64,000 bases of DNA, taken from Candidatus Shapirobacteria bacterium. GTDB taxonomy: Bacteria; Patescibacteriota; Microgenomatia; UBA12405. This document shows, piece after piece, positions 52,114 to 61,798 of this stretch. Made by a program: the position numbers and the translations under genes. The notes below the pieces were generated by a model. The model saw only the letters and a list, made by a program, of their open reading frames with translations. It had not been told where the DNA came from and did not search any database. Position 1 is the first letter of the stretch; each line of letters opens with the position of its first letter. The DNA lies in assembly GCA_028704635.1 (NCBI GenBank), contig JAQWFB010000001.1, forward strand, positions 133,541-197,540. Direction: 5' to 3'.

Positions 52114-52836
52114 ATGCCTACAATTAATCCAAACATTGCCATTATGGAATTTCATTCAGGTCCCGGTGGCCAAGAAGCCACTCTTTGGGCTCAGGACTTA
52201 ATGAATATGTACATTCGTTATGCCAATAAAGTTGGTTGGAAAGTTAGTCAACTTGATGGTTTTATCATTCAAATTTCCGGTTTCGATGCCTATAATCAAT
52301 TAAAATATGAGGCCGGAACTCATCGAGTTCAAAGAATTCCAATTACTGAAAAACGTGGTCGTCTTCAAACATCAACCGCTTCGATTGCCATCATGCCTAA
52401 AATTGATTCAAAAGAAGTTAATTTTAGAATGGAAGACGTTACTATAACTGCTTGTCGGGCTGGTGGTAATGGTGGTCAAAACGTCAATAAAGTATCTACA
52501 GCAGTCCATTTAGTTCACAAACCTACCGGTTTAATGTTTGATGTCCGAACCGAACGTTATCAACAACAAAATCGAGAAATCGCTCTTGAGCTTCTTAAGA
52601 ATAAACTTTGGCAGATAGAAGAAGAAAAAAGACAAGCCGAAGTGTCCGCTGGCCGTTCTGGTATCAGTCAATCAACTAGAGCTGATAAAATCAGAACATA
52701 TAATTACCCCAGAAATCAAGTAAAAGACCATAGAATCGACAAATCTTTCAACAACTTAGATTCCATTATGCAAGGTAATTTAGACGACCTGTTACTCGAG
52801 CTCACCGTCCTCGACCAACCAGTTGAAGAAAAATAA
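52114..52836 (+). CDS. prfA: Peptide chain release factor 1 lacking N-terminal domain 1
   Basis: [10 protein letters not shown] (PxT motif), [15 protein letters not shown]; only 240 aa. Confidence 0.85.
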   Translation: MPTINPNIAIMEFHSGPGGQEATLWAQDLMNMYIRYANKVGWKVSQLDGFIIQISGFDAYNQLKYEAGTHRVQRIPITEKRGRLQTSTASIAIMPKIDSKEVNFRMEDVTITACRAGGNGGQNVNKVSTAVHLVHKPTGLMFDVRTERYQQQNREIALELLKNKLWQIEEEKRQAEVSAGRSGISQSTRADKIRTYNYPRNQVKDHRIDKSFNNLDSIMQGNLDDLLLELTVLDQPVEEK

Positions 52837-52864
52837 ATATTTTTTTATTTTGATAAACTAAGTA

Positions 52865-53464
52865 ATGCCAGCCATAATTAATTTTAAAATCTGTGATAAT
52901 TCTGATGAATGTAGCGGTTTATCTATTTGCCCAACTCAAGCTCTAATTTGGAATAATAATAAAAAAACTTTAGAAATCGATGAATTAAAATGTATTAATT
53001 GTGGTTCATGTGCCAAAGCCTGTCCAGTTAGAGCTATAAAAGTCGCCACTGATAAAGATTTTGAATTTATTAAAAAAGAATACGAAAAAGATAAAAGAAA
53101 AACCTCAGATTTGTTTATCGAAAGATTTGGTTCTCAATCCACCGACAAAAGTTCTTTGATTTCTTATGCTTATTTTCAATCGATAACCAACAAAAAAGAA
53201 CCCATGGTTATTGAATTATTTAATAATGATTCAATCATGTGTTTAATCAAATCAATACCCATTCGAGAATTATTTAAAAAAGGAGTTTTATATAATAAGA
53301 TTGACACTGAATCCGACCAAACTTTAATTAATCAATATAAAGTAAAAGAGTTACCTTGTTTATTATTTTTCGAAAATGGCCAATTTAAGGACAAAATTGA
53401 AGGTTATTTTGACACCACTCAGAAAGAAAAACTGTTAGAAAAAGTTAAAAAAATCGGTTTTTAA
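52865..53464 (+). CDS. 4Fe-4S dicluster protein with a thioredoxin-like C-domain
   Basis: CDNSDEC...CP, CINCGSC...CP; C-terminal LPCLLFF. Confidence 0.85.
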   Translation: MPAIINFKICDNSDECSGLSICPTQALIWNNNKKTLEIDELKCINCGSCAKACPVRAIKVATDKDFEFIKKEYEKDKRKTSDLFIERFGSQSTDKSSLISYAYFQSITNKKEPMVIELFNNDSIMCLIKSIPIRELFKKGVLYNKIDTESDQTLINQYKVKELPCLLFFENGQFKDKIEGYFDTTQKEKLLEKVKKIGF

Positions 53465-54495
53465 CTTTCTTTTTTCTCCAACGTCACATTTATTATTTGC
53501 TCGGTTTTGTCTCGATAAATTTTTACCTTAATTACATCTCCAATTTTTTTATTATTAATTGTTTTTACTAAATCTCCATTATCACTATCGGTTAATTTTT
53601 CTCCATCAATTTCAGTAATAATATCCCCGATTTTAATCCCTGCTTTTTTCGCCGGACTGTTTTCAGAAATTCCTTGAACCCATGCTCCCGCCACTATTTT
53701 ATTTTTTGTCGCCAGTTCCTGATTTACCATTTTATAACCCACCCCTAAATATGGTCTATCAAACTCACCTGTCGTTCTAAAATATTCAACCGATTCTTTA
53801 GTCAAATTTATTGGCAAAGCAAAACCAATATTTTGACCACTCGCCGACACCGCCACATTCACTCCAATCACTTGTCCACCAGAATTAAACAATGGACCAC
53901 CAGAATTTCCCAGATTAATTGCCGCATCGGTTTGAATCACGTTGTCCAGTTTCTCTGTATTTTCAGCTGATCCAGCCACAATTCCCCTTCCTAATCCAGA
54001 AACTACCCCTGTCGTTACTGTCGACCTAAACTCTCCTAAAGCTGTCCCAATCGCAATTACTGACTGTCCTACTTTTAATTTATCTGAATCACCTAAATCA
54101 ACAGCGTTTAAACCAGTCTTTTTCACCCTAAGAATGGCTAAATCGTTTAATGGATCTCTATAAATATTCTCAACTTCCACCACTTCATCTTTTCCAATCA
54201 CCACTTTATATTTAAGCGTCGTATCCGCCACCACATGTTTATTTGTCACAATCAAACCATCATTACTAATAATAAAACCACTCCCCACATCCTGATTACC
54301 ACTACCACCTACCTTTACCATTGAAATTGTCACTACACTTGGAGTTGCTTTTTCGACCACCCTTGTCACCACCGATTCTTCATCCACAATTTCATTTTTA
54401 GTTATATTAACAATTTCCTTTCCAAATCCAAATTTAAAAACCAAAAACATCACCACCACTCCTATAATTAATCCCATTAATATCCCTTTTTTCAT
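53461..54495 (-). CDS. htrA: HtrA/DegP serine protease with PDZ domain
   Basis: GSGFII, TNKHV, QTDAAIN.GNSGGP. Confidence 0.92.
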   Translation of the reverse strand: MKKGILMGLIIGVVVMFLVFKFGFGKEIVNITKNEIVDEESVVTRVVEKATPSVVTISMVKVGGSGNQDVGSGFIISNDGLIVTNKHVVADTTLKYKVVIGKDEVVEVENIYRDPLNDLAILRVKKTGLNAVDLGDSDKLKVGQSVIAIGTALGEFRSTVTTGVVSGLGRGIVAGSAENTEKLDNVIQTDAAINLGNSGGPLFNSGGQVIGVNVAVSASGQNIGFALPINLTKESVEYFRTTGEFDRPYLGVGYKMVNQELATKNKIVAGAWVQGISENSPAKKAGIKIGDIITEIDGEKLTDSDNGDLVKTINNKKIGDVIKVKIYRDKTEQIINVTLEKKES

Positions 54496-54499
54496 AAAA

Positions 54500-55708
54500 C
54501 TATTTTAAGAGTGTTTCAATTGCCTTCTCTAGTTGTACATCTGTTTTAGCATCATCAGGAATATTTACTTCCACATCGGGCATTATTCCTTCTTTGTGAA
54601 TATTTTTTCCACTTGGCAATAACCACTTAGCAATTGTCACATGTAAACCACTGCCGTCAGAAAAATCTTCCGGTTGTTGAACCGTTCCTTTGCCAAAACT
54701 TTTTACTCCCACTAATTTTGCCCTATTAAAATCCTTAAGTGCTCCAGCTAAAATTTCCGATGCCGAAGCCGACCCTCCATTTATTAAAACTACTAACTTA
54801 TCATTCAACAAATTCCCTCTACCTGTCTCAACATTATATTTTTCCTCAGTACCATCATAAGATTTTTGTGTAACAATCGTTCCTTCTTTTATAAAATCAG
54901 AAGCCACTAAAACACTAGCCTGTAAATAACCTCCTGGGTTATTTCTCAAATCCAACACAATTCCACCAAAATTGTCCTTAGCCTTTTCCGCGTTAATCTC
55001 TTCCACTTTCTTTGGCCAATCAGTAAATAATGTTTCTGTAAATTGGCTTATTCGTACCAAAGCCACTTTCTTACCATTTTGTTCTTTCCATTCCAAAGTT
55101 ACATTTGGCACCACAATATTATCTCTTTTCAAAATCACATCAAAATAATCACTTTTACCTTCTCGATACATTTTTAAAGTCACTTCAGTCCCAATTTTTC
55201 CTCTAATCAAACTCACCGCTTCGTCTAAAGCGATATCTGTTGTATCTTTATCAACATTATTTACCTTATCGGTTATATGTAAAATTAAATCCCCCGCCTT
55301 TACCCCCGCTTTTTCTGCTGGAGTACCTGCTAATGGTGACATCACTGCCAATGTTTTATCTTTATACCCCAAAGAAATTCCCACCCCACCAAATTCCCCA
55401 GCTAAAGTCTCATTTGTACTTTTATTTTCATCCGGAGTTAAAAATACCGTATATGGATCATCCAATGCCGCTACCATTCCCTTAACTGCCCCATATTCCA
55501 TATTCGTATCAACTAATTTATCTTTTTCTAAAAATGTTTGACTTAATTTATCTTTCACCTTCCACATTAAAGTCAAATTCAACTTATCGCCATTACTGCT
55601 CGTTACCACTCCAGATGTTTCTCTTCCGATTTTAAAACTAACCAAAGAAACCACCGATAATAAGGCCAAAATTACAAAAAGATTTCTTACATTTCTAAAT
55701 TTCATCAT
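54500..55708 (-). CDS. ctpA: S41 carboxy-terminal processing protease
   Basis: DPYT, DLRNNPGG, SASASE, GKGTVQ. Confidence 0.92.
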   Translation of the reverse strand: MMKFRNVRNLFVILALLSVVSLVSFKIGRETSGVVTSSNGDKLNLTLMWKVKDKLSQTFLEKDKLVDTNMEYGAVKGMVAALDDPYTVFLTPDENKSTNETLAGEFGGVGISLGYKDKTLAVMSPLAGTPAEKAGVKAGDLILHITDKVNNVDKDTTDIALDEAVSLIRGKIGTEVTLKMYREGKSDYFDVILKRDNIVVPNVTLEWKEQNGKKVALVRISQFTETLFTDWPKKVEEINAEKAKDNFGGIVLDLRNNPGGYLQASVLVASDFIKEGTIVTQKSYDGTEEKYNVETGRGNLLNDKLVVLINGGSASASEILAGALKDFNRAKLVGVKSFGKGTVQQPEDFSDGSGLHVTIAKWLLPSGKNIHKEGIMPDVEVNIPDDAKTDVQLEKAIETLLK

Positions 55709-56455
55709 CTATTCTAACACTAATAATAGCTTGTCCATCTTAGCATTTACTAATATCTTTTTTTTCTTTCCCAAATTTTCTTTCATAAATTCATCCCATA
55801 TCTGTTTTTCTAATCTCAAAACTGGAATTTCTAAATCAACTTCTTTAATTTCTTCATTATCTTTTGTCACCACCGCATTAGCTCCCACCACTAAAGCTTT
55901 TAATAAAAAGGCTTTATCTAAATTTTCGGTAAACAAAATTGCTTCACCCATTTCATAATCCAACATTTTTATTTCATTAATAATTTTAACTTCACCTTCC
56001 CCCCAAGCTTTTAATCCATTTAGTCCTTGACCTTCATACTCTTTCGCTTTAAATTCCAAAACCAACTTTCCATCTTCTATTTTCCCAACTTTAGCCTCAA
56101 TTGGCGAAAAAATTTCCCTTTCTTCATCCTCAACTTTTTCTATTTTCAAATTTTTAAATTCATCAAATCCTAAACAAACACCTGTTAATGGAAAACAAAT
56201 TTTGTTTTTAAAAAATCCTATTTCATAAAAAATCTCCCCTTCCTGAACCATTTTTTCTTTAAAAAAATTATCTAGTTCTTCTCTTTTTTTCTCACTCATT
56301 TTCGCCAAATCTCCACTATAACTAAAAGTCTCCACCACATGACTGTTAAAAACAGCCAGTTTCTGGCCCACATCAACTTTATCTCCAACTTCAACTAAAA
56401 GCTTTGCCTTAGCCGGCAATTTAATAACCCATGTTCCTTTATCTTTTATACTCAT
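55709..56455 (-). CDS. Hypothetical protein with barrel-sandwich hybrid-like motifs
   Basis: LLVEVGDKVDVGQKLA; coupled to ctpA. Confidence 0.6.
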   Translation of the reverse strand: MSIKDKGTWVIKLPAKAKLLVEVGDKVDVGQKLAVFNSHVVETFSYSGDLAKMSEKKREELDNFFKEKMVQEGEIFYEIGFFKNKICFPLTGVCLGFDEFKNLKIEKVEDEEREIFSPIEAKVGKIEDGKLVLEFKAKEYEGQGLNGLKAWGEGEVKIINEIKMLDYEMGEAILFTENLDKAFLLKALVVGANAVVTKDNEEIKEVDLEIPVLRLEKQIWDEFMKENLGKKKKILVNAKMDKLLLVLE

Positions 56456-56670
56456 TGTTTAATTATAACCAAAAAATCTCTTAAATATTTATTGGATTAT
56501 CTTTTATATATTTTTTATATATTAAATACTCTTTTTCATTTCTAATAATTCGTTCGTAATAATTTCGTTGCCACAATCGTTTATCAAATCTCGGCCAATT
56601 ATTTTGTTTTATATTTTTAATATATTCATTGGTTATTAATGATTTCAATTCACCAACAATTGTTCCTAAC

Positions 56671-56698
56671 GTAGGGGCGACTCTTGTGGTCGCCCTAT
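56671..56698 (+). repeat. GTAG-REP inside RAYT (RATTRVAPT)
   Basis: GTAGGGGCGACTCTTGTGGTCGCCCTAT. Confidence 0.9.
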
Positions 56699-56950
56699 TA
56701 TTTGTTGTGCCTGCCCTTGTTTTGATTTCATCACCCACAATCATTTTGATTTCCACCCCATTATTGATTTTGTTATTCATTTCATTATTAATTTTATTAC
56801 CCATCTCATTGTTAAATTGTTTTTTAATCACCACAATCATATGAATATGATCCGGCATAATAATAAATTCATCCAATTCAATCAATTCATTTTTATTAAA
56901 ATATTCCAAAATAATTTCATTAATTAATTTTCCAATATCATTTTTTATCA

Positions 56951-56978
56951 TTTGGGCGGGCACAAGACCCGCCCCTAC
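56951..56978 (-). repeat. GTAG-REP inside RAYT (VGAGLVPAQ)
   Basis: Minus strand GTAGGGGCGGGTCTTGTGCCCGCCCAAA. Confidence 0.9.
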
Positions 56979-57110
56979 ATCAATTTCGCCAAAAATATTT
57001 TTTCGATTTTGACAACACACTGTTACGAAATAAAATCCATCTTTTGAATAATCAAAATTATCCATTCTAATTGATCTTCTGTGATATTTCACACATTAAT
57101 ATTACCATGT

Positions 57111-57137
57111 GTACGGGAGGGTCTTATGCCCGGCCCT
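57111..57137 (+). repeat. Degenerate REP upstream of RAYT
   Basis: GTACGGGAGGGTCTTATGCCCGGCCCT. Confidence 0.65.
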
Positions 57138-57146
57138 TATATCATC

Positions 57147-57171
57147 AAAAAACCCCGCCAATGCGGGGTTT
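57147..57171. terminator. Terminator of rpsF-ssb-rpsR
   Basis: AAAAAACCCCGC-CAAT-GCGGGGTTT; U-tract on the minus strand. Confidence 0.75.
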
Positions 57172-57190
57172 AATTTTTTTAAAAACCAAG

Positions 57191-57224
57191 TCCCTCTTGT
57201 CAAAGAGGGATTTAGGGAGATTTT
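57191..57224 (+). repeat. Family-2 palindromic element after the rpsR stop
   Basis: TCCCTCTTGTCAAAGAGGGATTTAGGGAGATTTT. Confidence 0.75.
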
Positions 57225-57477
57225 ATTGAGTTGTAAAAGGTAACAAAGCTAAATGTCTTGCTTGCTTAATTGCTTTCACCAATTTTCTTTGGTGCTTGGC
57301 ACAAGTTCCACTAAATTGAGATCCAACAATTCTCGATCTAGCTGACAAAAATTCTCTCATTTTTTCATAATCCTGCCAAACAGGAAGAGTATTAGTTTTA
57401 CAATAAGAACAGCCCTTTTCTCGACCTCTTCTTTTTGCTGCTAATAGATTATCTTTTTTACTTTTCTTTTTTATCAT
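57223..57477 (-). CDS. rpsR: 30S ribosomal protein S18
   Basis: CSYC, GTCAKHQR, IKQARHLALLPF. Confidence 0.95.
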   Translation of the reverse strand: MIKKKSKKDNLLAAKRRGREKGCSYCKTNTLPVWQDYEKMREFLSARSRIVGSQFSGTCAKHQRKLVKAIKQARHLALLPFTTQ

Positions 57478-57486
57478 ATCTTCTCC

Positions 57487-58014
57487 TTAAAAAGGCATTT
57501 CATCAGCCTTCTTTTCTTCAGTAAGTGGAATTTCTCCTTCTTTTTTAGTTTCATCGACAATCGGAATTTCTCCTAAATCATCTGGAATAACAATATCTTC
57601 AATTGGAGCTTCTTGAGTTTCAATTGCTAAATCTGCATCACCCAAATCACCAGCGACATCACGATCACTATTACCACCTTTATTATCAAGGATGATCATA
57701 TCATCAATAATAATTTCAGCAATTTGTTTTTTGTTGTTTTCCTGATCCATAAAATCTCGATATTGGATTCTACCGTCAACATAAACTCTTCGACCTTTAG
57801 ATAAAAGTTGTGAACAAAGTTCAGCTAACTTATTCCAGGCTACAATTCGATGAAACTGAGCATCTTCTTTTCGCTCACCTTGTTTGGTTATCCAAACTCT
57901 ATTGGTGGCTAAACCAAAAGAAACCACAGCCATACCAGCTGGCGTATATCTTAACTCTGGGTCACGAGTTAAATTACCTATTAACATTACCCTATTGAGA
58001 CATCTACTTGGCAT
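57487..58014 (-). CDS. ssb: Single-stranded DNA-binding protein
   Basis: NRVMLIGNLTRDPELRYT; C-terminal DEMPF. Confidence 0.97.
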   Translation of the reverse strand: MPSRCLNRVMLIGNLTRDPELRYTPAGMAVVSFGLATNRVWITKQGERKEDAQFHRIVAWNKLAELCSQLLSKGRRVYVDGRIQYRDFMDQENNKKQIAEIIIDDMIILDNKGGNSDRDVAGDLGDADLAIETQEAPIEDIVIPDDLGEIPIVDETKKEGEIPLTEEKKADEMPF

Positions 58015-58027
58015 AAGTTTTCTCCTA

Positions 58028-58318
58028 TTACTTTTTCAAAATTAAATAACGAATAATATTTATTTCTCTGTCTAATAAAAGATTAAATTCTTTTATTTTT
58101 AAAGTTTCTTCAGATTCCACATCTAAAACCCAAAAATCACCCTTATTATGATCTTGAATTTCATAAGCCAAATCCTTAAGACCCATATGATCTTTGTTCG
58201 AGATTTCTGCTTTTTTACTTTCTAACCAAGAATAAGCTTTATTCAAAACTTTTTCCTTGTCTTCGGTTTTTGGACTTAAAACCAAAATGATTTGGTATTG
58301 ATATTTATTTCCTTTCAT
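58028..58318 (-). CDS. rpsF: 30S ribosomal protein S6
   Basis: GLKDLAYEI, IIRYL; rpsF-ssb-rpsR order. Confidence 0.92.
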   Translation of the reverse strand: MKGNKYQYQIILVLSPKTEDKEKVLNKAYSWLESKKAEISNKDHMGLKDLAYEIQDHNKGDFWVLDVESEETLKIKEFNLLLDREINIIRYLILKK

Positions 58319-58356
58319 GAACTAACTAGATTAACATATTAAGCGTAATTTGACAA

Positions 58357-59739
58357 TTACGTTATTGGTCTTATTTTACAGGTATTTCCTAAATCTTCAA
58401 CTAGATAACCTTTATTTTTAATAATTTCCCTTAATCTATCAGACTCCGCCCAATTTTTGTTTTCCCTCGCCTTTTGCCTTTCTCCTGCTAAATTTAAAAT
58501 TTCTTCTGGAATCTTTTCTTCAATCATCCCTTTGTCCAAATCTAAACCTAAAACTTTATCAAAATCCAAAATAGTCCCCCATTTTTCCTCCGGACTTAAA
58601 TCAGACTTCGCCACTTTCCATACCAAAGCCAAAGCTTCCGACATCGCCAAATCATTAGAAATCAATTCGATAAATTCTTTTTTGTATTCTAAATTAACTG
58701 AGTAATTCCCCTCCTTGTCAAGGGAGAGGTTAGGGGTGGGTTTCAAATTTCTTAATTTATTAAGAGCCACTTGGCTCGATTTAAGAGAATCCAAAGAGAA
58801 CACTAAACCGTTTCGATAATGCGAAGTTAAAGTTAAATATCTAAATGCTAACTGATCGTATCCCATTTTTACTAAATCCTGAATCGTATAAACATTTCCT
58901 AATGATTTACTCATTTTCCCATCTTTTAAAGTTAACCAGGCATTATGCATCCAATAATGAGCTGTATTATGACCAAAAGCACCGAACCCTTGGGCAATTT
59001 CATTAGTGTGATGGACTCCAATATGTTCAATTCCGCCGGTATGAATGTCAAAAGTTTCTCCTAACTTAGCTGTCGACATGGCCGTACATTCCAAATGCCA
59101 TCCGGGAAATCCTTCACCCCAAGGACTGTTCCATTTCATAATATGATTTGGTTGATTTGTCACCCACAACAAAAAATCCCATGGGTTTTTTTTATCTTCA
59201 TCCACCTCCACCCTGGCCCCGGATTCCATTTCGTTTAATTTTAAATTAGCAAATTTTGCATAATCAGGAAATTTTGATGTATCAAACACCAAACCTGTTT
59301 TTGTTTTGTAAGTGAAGCCGTTTTTCTCTATTTGTTGGGCTAACTTTATTTGCTCATCAATATGATCAGTTGCTCTCCATATAACATCCGGTCTTTTTAT
59401 ATTTAATAAATCCAAACTATCCAAAAATTGAACCTCATATTTTTTAGCAATTTCCCATGGAGTTAACCCTTCTCTTTTTGCTCCTTTTTCCATCTTATCT
59501 TCTCCAGTATCTTCGTCTGATGTGTTATGCCCTACATCAGTGATATTCATCATCCAAACTACCTTATAATCCATATATTTCAATGCCCGTGTAAGAATAT
59601 CCCAATTCAAAAAGGCATACATGTTCCCAATATGTTGATTCCAATAAACTGTCGGCCCACAGGAATAAATCCCCACCTTATTTTCTTTAATCGATTTAAA
59701 TTCTTCTTTTTGTCTGGTTAATGTATTATAAATTTTCAT
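58357..59739 (-). CDS. cysS: Cysteinyl-tRNA synthetase
   Basis: CGPTVY, HIGN, PGWHLEC, KMSKS. Confidence 0.97.
   Translation of the reverse strand: MKIYNTLTRQKEEFKSIKENKVGIYSCGPTVYWNQHIGNMYAFLNWDILTRALKYMDYKVVWMMNITDVGHNTSDEDTGEDKMEKGAKREGLTPWEIAKKYEVQFLDSLDLLNIKRPDVIWRATDHIDEQIKLAQQIEKNGFTYKTKTGLVFDTSKFPDYAKFANLKLNEMESGARVEVDEDKKNPWDFLLWVTNQPNHIMKWNSPWGEGFPGWHLECTAMSTAKLGETFDIHTGGIEHIGVHHTNEIAQGFGAFGHNTAHYWMHNAWLTLKDGKMSKSLGNVYTIQDLVKMGYDQLAFRYLTLTSHYRNGLVFSLDSLKSSQVALNKLRNLKPTPNLSLDKEGNYSVNLEYKKEFIELISNDLAMSEALALVWKVAKSDLSPEEKWGTILDFDKVLGLDLDKGMIEEKIPEEILNLAGERQKARENKNWAESDRLREIIKNKGYLVEDLGNTCKIRPIT
58706..58743 (+). repeat. Family-2 palindromic element, in-frame in cysS (KPTPNLSLDKEGN)
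   Basis: TTCCCCTCCTTGTCAAGGGAGAGGTTAGGGGTGGGTTT. Confidence 0.75.
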
Positions 59740-60118
59740 TGTATAATTTTAATCCCTTAATATTTTTAAAGTGTTTAATATTTAATGTTGCTAATTCAGC
59801 CTTGTAAACAATAGCCGTCGCCGCAATTAAAGCATCAAAACCAGTCGCCTGTTTTTTCCTAATTAATTCTCCCGCCTTTTTCCCTATTTCTCCATCAACC
59901 ATCATTACTGTTATTGGTCTTAAAATTTTTTCTACATCATTCACTGATTGTTGATAATTCATACTTTCACCCATCCATAATTCTGTCAACACTATTGATG
60001 ATGTTCTTAATTCACATTTCCCCTCTTCAAAATTATCAACCAACCCATCAAAAAGACCTATTTTAAGCCTAATTTTTTCTATCAAAATTGAAGTATCTAT
60101 TATTACTAATTTCACCAT
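59726..60118 (-). CDS. vapC: VapC-type PIN-domain toxin
   Basis: IDTSILI, TEL, DALIAATA, TLNIKHF. Confidence 0.9.
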   Translation of the reverse strand: MVKLVIIDTSILIEKIRLKIGLFDGLVDNFEEGKCELRTSSIVLTELWMGESMNYQQSVNDVEKILRPITVMMVDGEIGKKAGELIRKKQATGFDALIAATAIVYKAELATLNIKHFKNIKGLKLYNENL

Positions 60119-60375
60119 CCTTTATATTTCCTCGCTTTTGATTTTTTTCTAACTTCTAATACATCTGACCAATCAAATTTCGACAAATGTTTTACCGCCT
60201 CTTCCACCTCCAATCTATATTGGCCCCAATCAAACTTCTTTTCTTCATCCGGAACTAATTTAGCCACTACCACTCCATTTAATTTAACCTTTGTTATTTG
60301 TTTTTTATCTCTAGTCGCTGCCAATAAATCAAAAAAATTTTGCCTAGCTTTAGTAGCATTGATTATGACTGTCAT
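60112..60375 (-). CDS. Phd/YefM-family antitoxin
   Basis: INATKARQNFFDLL...NGVVVAKLVP. ATG 60375 chosen. Confidence 0.85.
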   Translation of the reverse strand: MTVIINATKARQNFFDLLAATRDKKQITKVKLNGVVVAKLVPDEEKKFDWGQYRLEVEEAVKHLSKFDWSDVLEVRKKSKARKYKGW

Positions 60376-60380
60376 AATCA

Positions 60381-60409
60381 AGTGTACATTATGTACATAT
60401 AGTTGTCAA
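60381..60409 (-). promoter_or_regulatory. TA promoter with a double TGTACA operator
   Basis: Minus strand TTGACA-17-TACACT containing TGTACA-TAA-TGTACA. Confidence 0.8.
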
Positions 60410-60895
60410 CTAAGTGATTTTACCCTTATATTCAGAAGTTTGCGACATTTGAGTATGGTCCGGTTGTTGTGTTTTTCTTTTATTTCCACCTTTATCTTTA
60501 TGATGTTTCGATGGTTGCATTAATTCAAGATTAACCATTTGATCTTGTCTTTCCATCTCCTTTTGTCTTTTTAAATTTTCCAATTCAATATTTCCTTTTT
60601 CTTCATCTTCTTTTTCTTTTTGGTGTCTTATTTTTTCCATTTCATTTTCCACCGATCTACCCGCTTGCCCGCCGAAGCCTTGGCGTAGGCGGGACATTTC
60701 TTCTTGTTTTTTCTTTTCATCTTCTCCTTTTTTTTGGGCTAATTCTTCATCACTCAATGGTTTAATATCTCCCAAAAGCTCTTTTGCTGTAATTACTGAT
60801 TCAGCGATTTTACCTGTTTCTTCCACTAACTTTTCCACCGTTTCCTGTCCTAATTGTTTAAACCCTTTTTTAAAATCATTTATAACCTGATTCAT
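60410..60895 (-). CDS. Hypothetical charged coiled-coil protein
   Basis: K/E/Q-rich ORF downstream of recR. Confidence 0.65.
   Translation of the reverse strand: MNQVINDFKKGFKQLGQETVEKLVEETGKIAESVITAKELLGDIKPLSDEELAQKKGEDEKKKQEEMSRLRQGFGGQAGRSVENEMEKIRHQKEKEDEEKGNIELENLKRQKEMERQDQMVNLELMQPSKHHKDKGGNKRKTQQPDHTQMSQTSEYKGKIT
60660..60693. repeat. GC-rich palindrome, in-frame (RLRQGFGGQAG)
   Basis: CCCGCTTGCCCGCCGAAGCCTTGGCGTAGGCGGG in an AT-rich gene. Confidence 0.65.
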
Positions 60896-60901
60896 AATTT
60901 A

Positions 60902-61507
60902 TTATATCTCCCTTCGTCCTTCCATGGCTCGACTCAAAGTTGCCTGATCAGCATATTCCAAATCCGCTCCCATTGGTAAACCACTGCCAATTCGAGAAAT
61001 TTTAATATTATTTTTTCCTAAATTATCAATTTTTTTCTTAATATAAAGTGCCGTTGCTTCCCCTTCCATCGTCGGATTCGTCGCCAAAATAATTTCCATT
61101 TCGGCTTCGACCCTTTTTATTAATTCATCTATTTTTAAATCATCCGGACTCACATGTTCCAATGGATTCACTACTCCACCCAACACATGGTAAACACCTT
61201 TATATCCACCAATATTTTCAATTGCCATCACATCAATTGCTCTTTCCACCACACAAATTATTTTTTTATTTCTTTCTTTATCTTCACAAATCGAACAAAT
61301 TTCTCCTTCACAAACTGAAAAACATTCTTTACAGACTTTTACCTCTTTTTTAATTGCCAAAAGCGATCTAGCTATTTCCATTACATAAGATTCCGGTGTA
61401 TTAATTAAATAAAACACCAATCTACTGGCACTCTTTGGCCCAATTCCCGGTAATCTTTCAAACGCCGCAATTAAATTTTTAATACTCTTTGGTAATTCTG
61501 CTGCCAT
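60902..61507 (-). CDS. recR: Recombination mediator RecR
   Basis: LPGIGPKSA, C4 Zn finger, YHVLGG, EGEATA. Confidence 0.97.
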   Translation of the reverse strand: MAAELPKSIKNLIAAFERLPGIGPKSASRLVFYLINTPESYVMEIARSLLAIKKEVKVCKECFSVCEGEICSICEDKERNKKIICVVERAIDVMAIENIGGYKGVYHVLGGVVNPLEHVSPDDLKIDELIKRVEAEMEIILATNPTMEGEATALYIKKKIDNLGKNNIKISRIGSGLPMGADLEYADQATLSRAMEGRREI

Positions 61508-61515
61508 TAGAAAAT

Positions 61516-61764
61516 TTAAAATAATCCTTCAAGTCCGCCCATATCTTTCATTCTCTTAGCTGCCATTTCTTGCGATTTTTTTAAAGCCTTATTGATAGTG
61601 TCCACTAAAATTTTATTTTCCACTCCATTCACCGATAAAAATTTAATTTTTTGGTCTCCAGTTACCGTCACTTTAATTCCACTTTCTTCAATTTCAATCG
61701 ACTCAGCCTCGATAGCTTTTTTTAATTTATAAGCCTGGGCTAACATTTTTGTTTTATCAAACAT
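61516..61764 (-). CDS. ybaB: YbaB/EbfC nucleoid-associated protein
   Basis: VTVTGDQKI...INKAL; between dnaX and recR. Confidence 0.85.
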   Translation of the reverse strand: MFDKTKMLAQAYKLKKAIEAESIEIEESGIKVTVTGDQKIKFLSVNGVENKILVDTINKALKKSQEMAAKRMKDMGGLEGLF

Positions 61765-61798
61765 AATTTAAATTAATTTTTAATAAACCTATTATAAC

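Larger units (their letters stand above)
56481..57092 (-). mobile_element. REP-associated tyrosine transposase (RAYT, Y1 HUH family)
   Basis: HRRSIR....YS..G.YFVT.C, MPDHIH (HUH), LWQRNYYERIIR; GTAG-REP palindromes inside and beside the gene. Confidence 0.9.
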
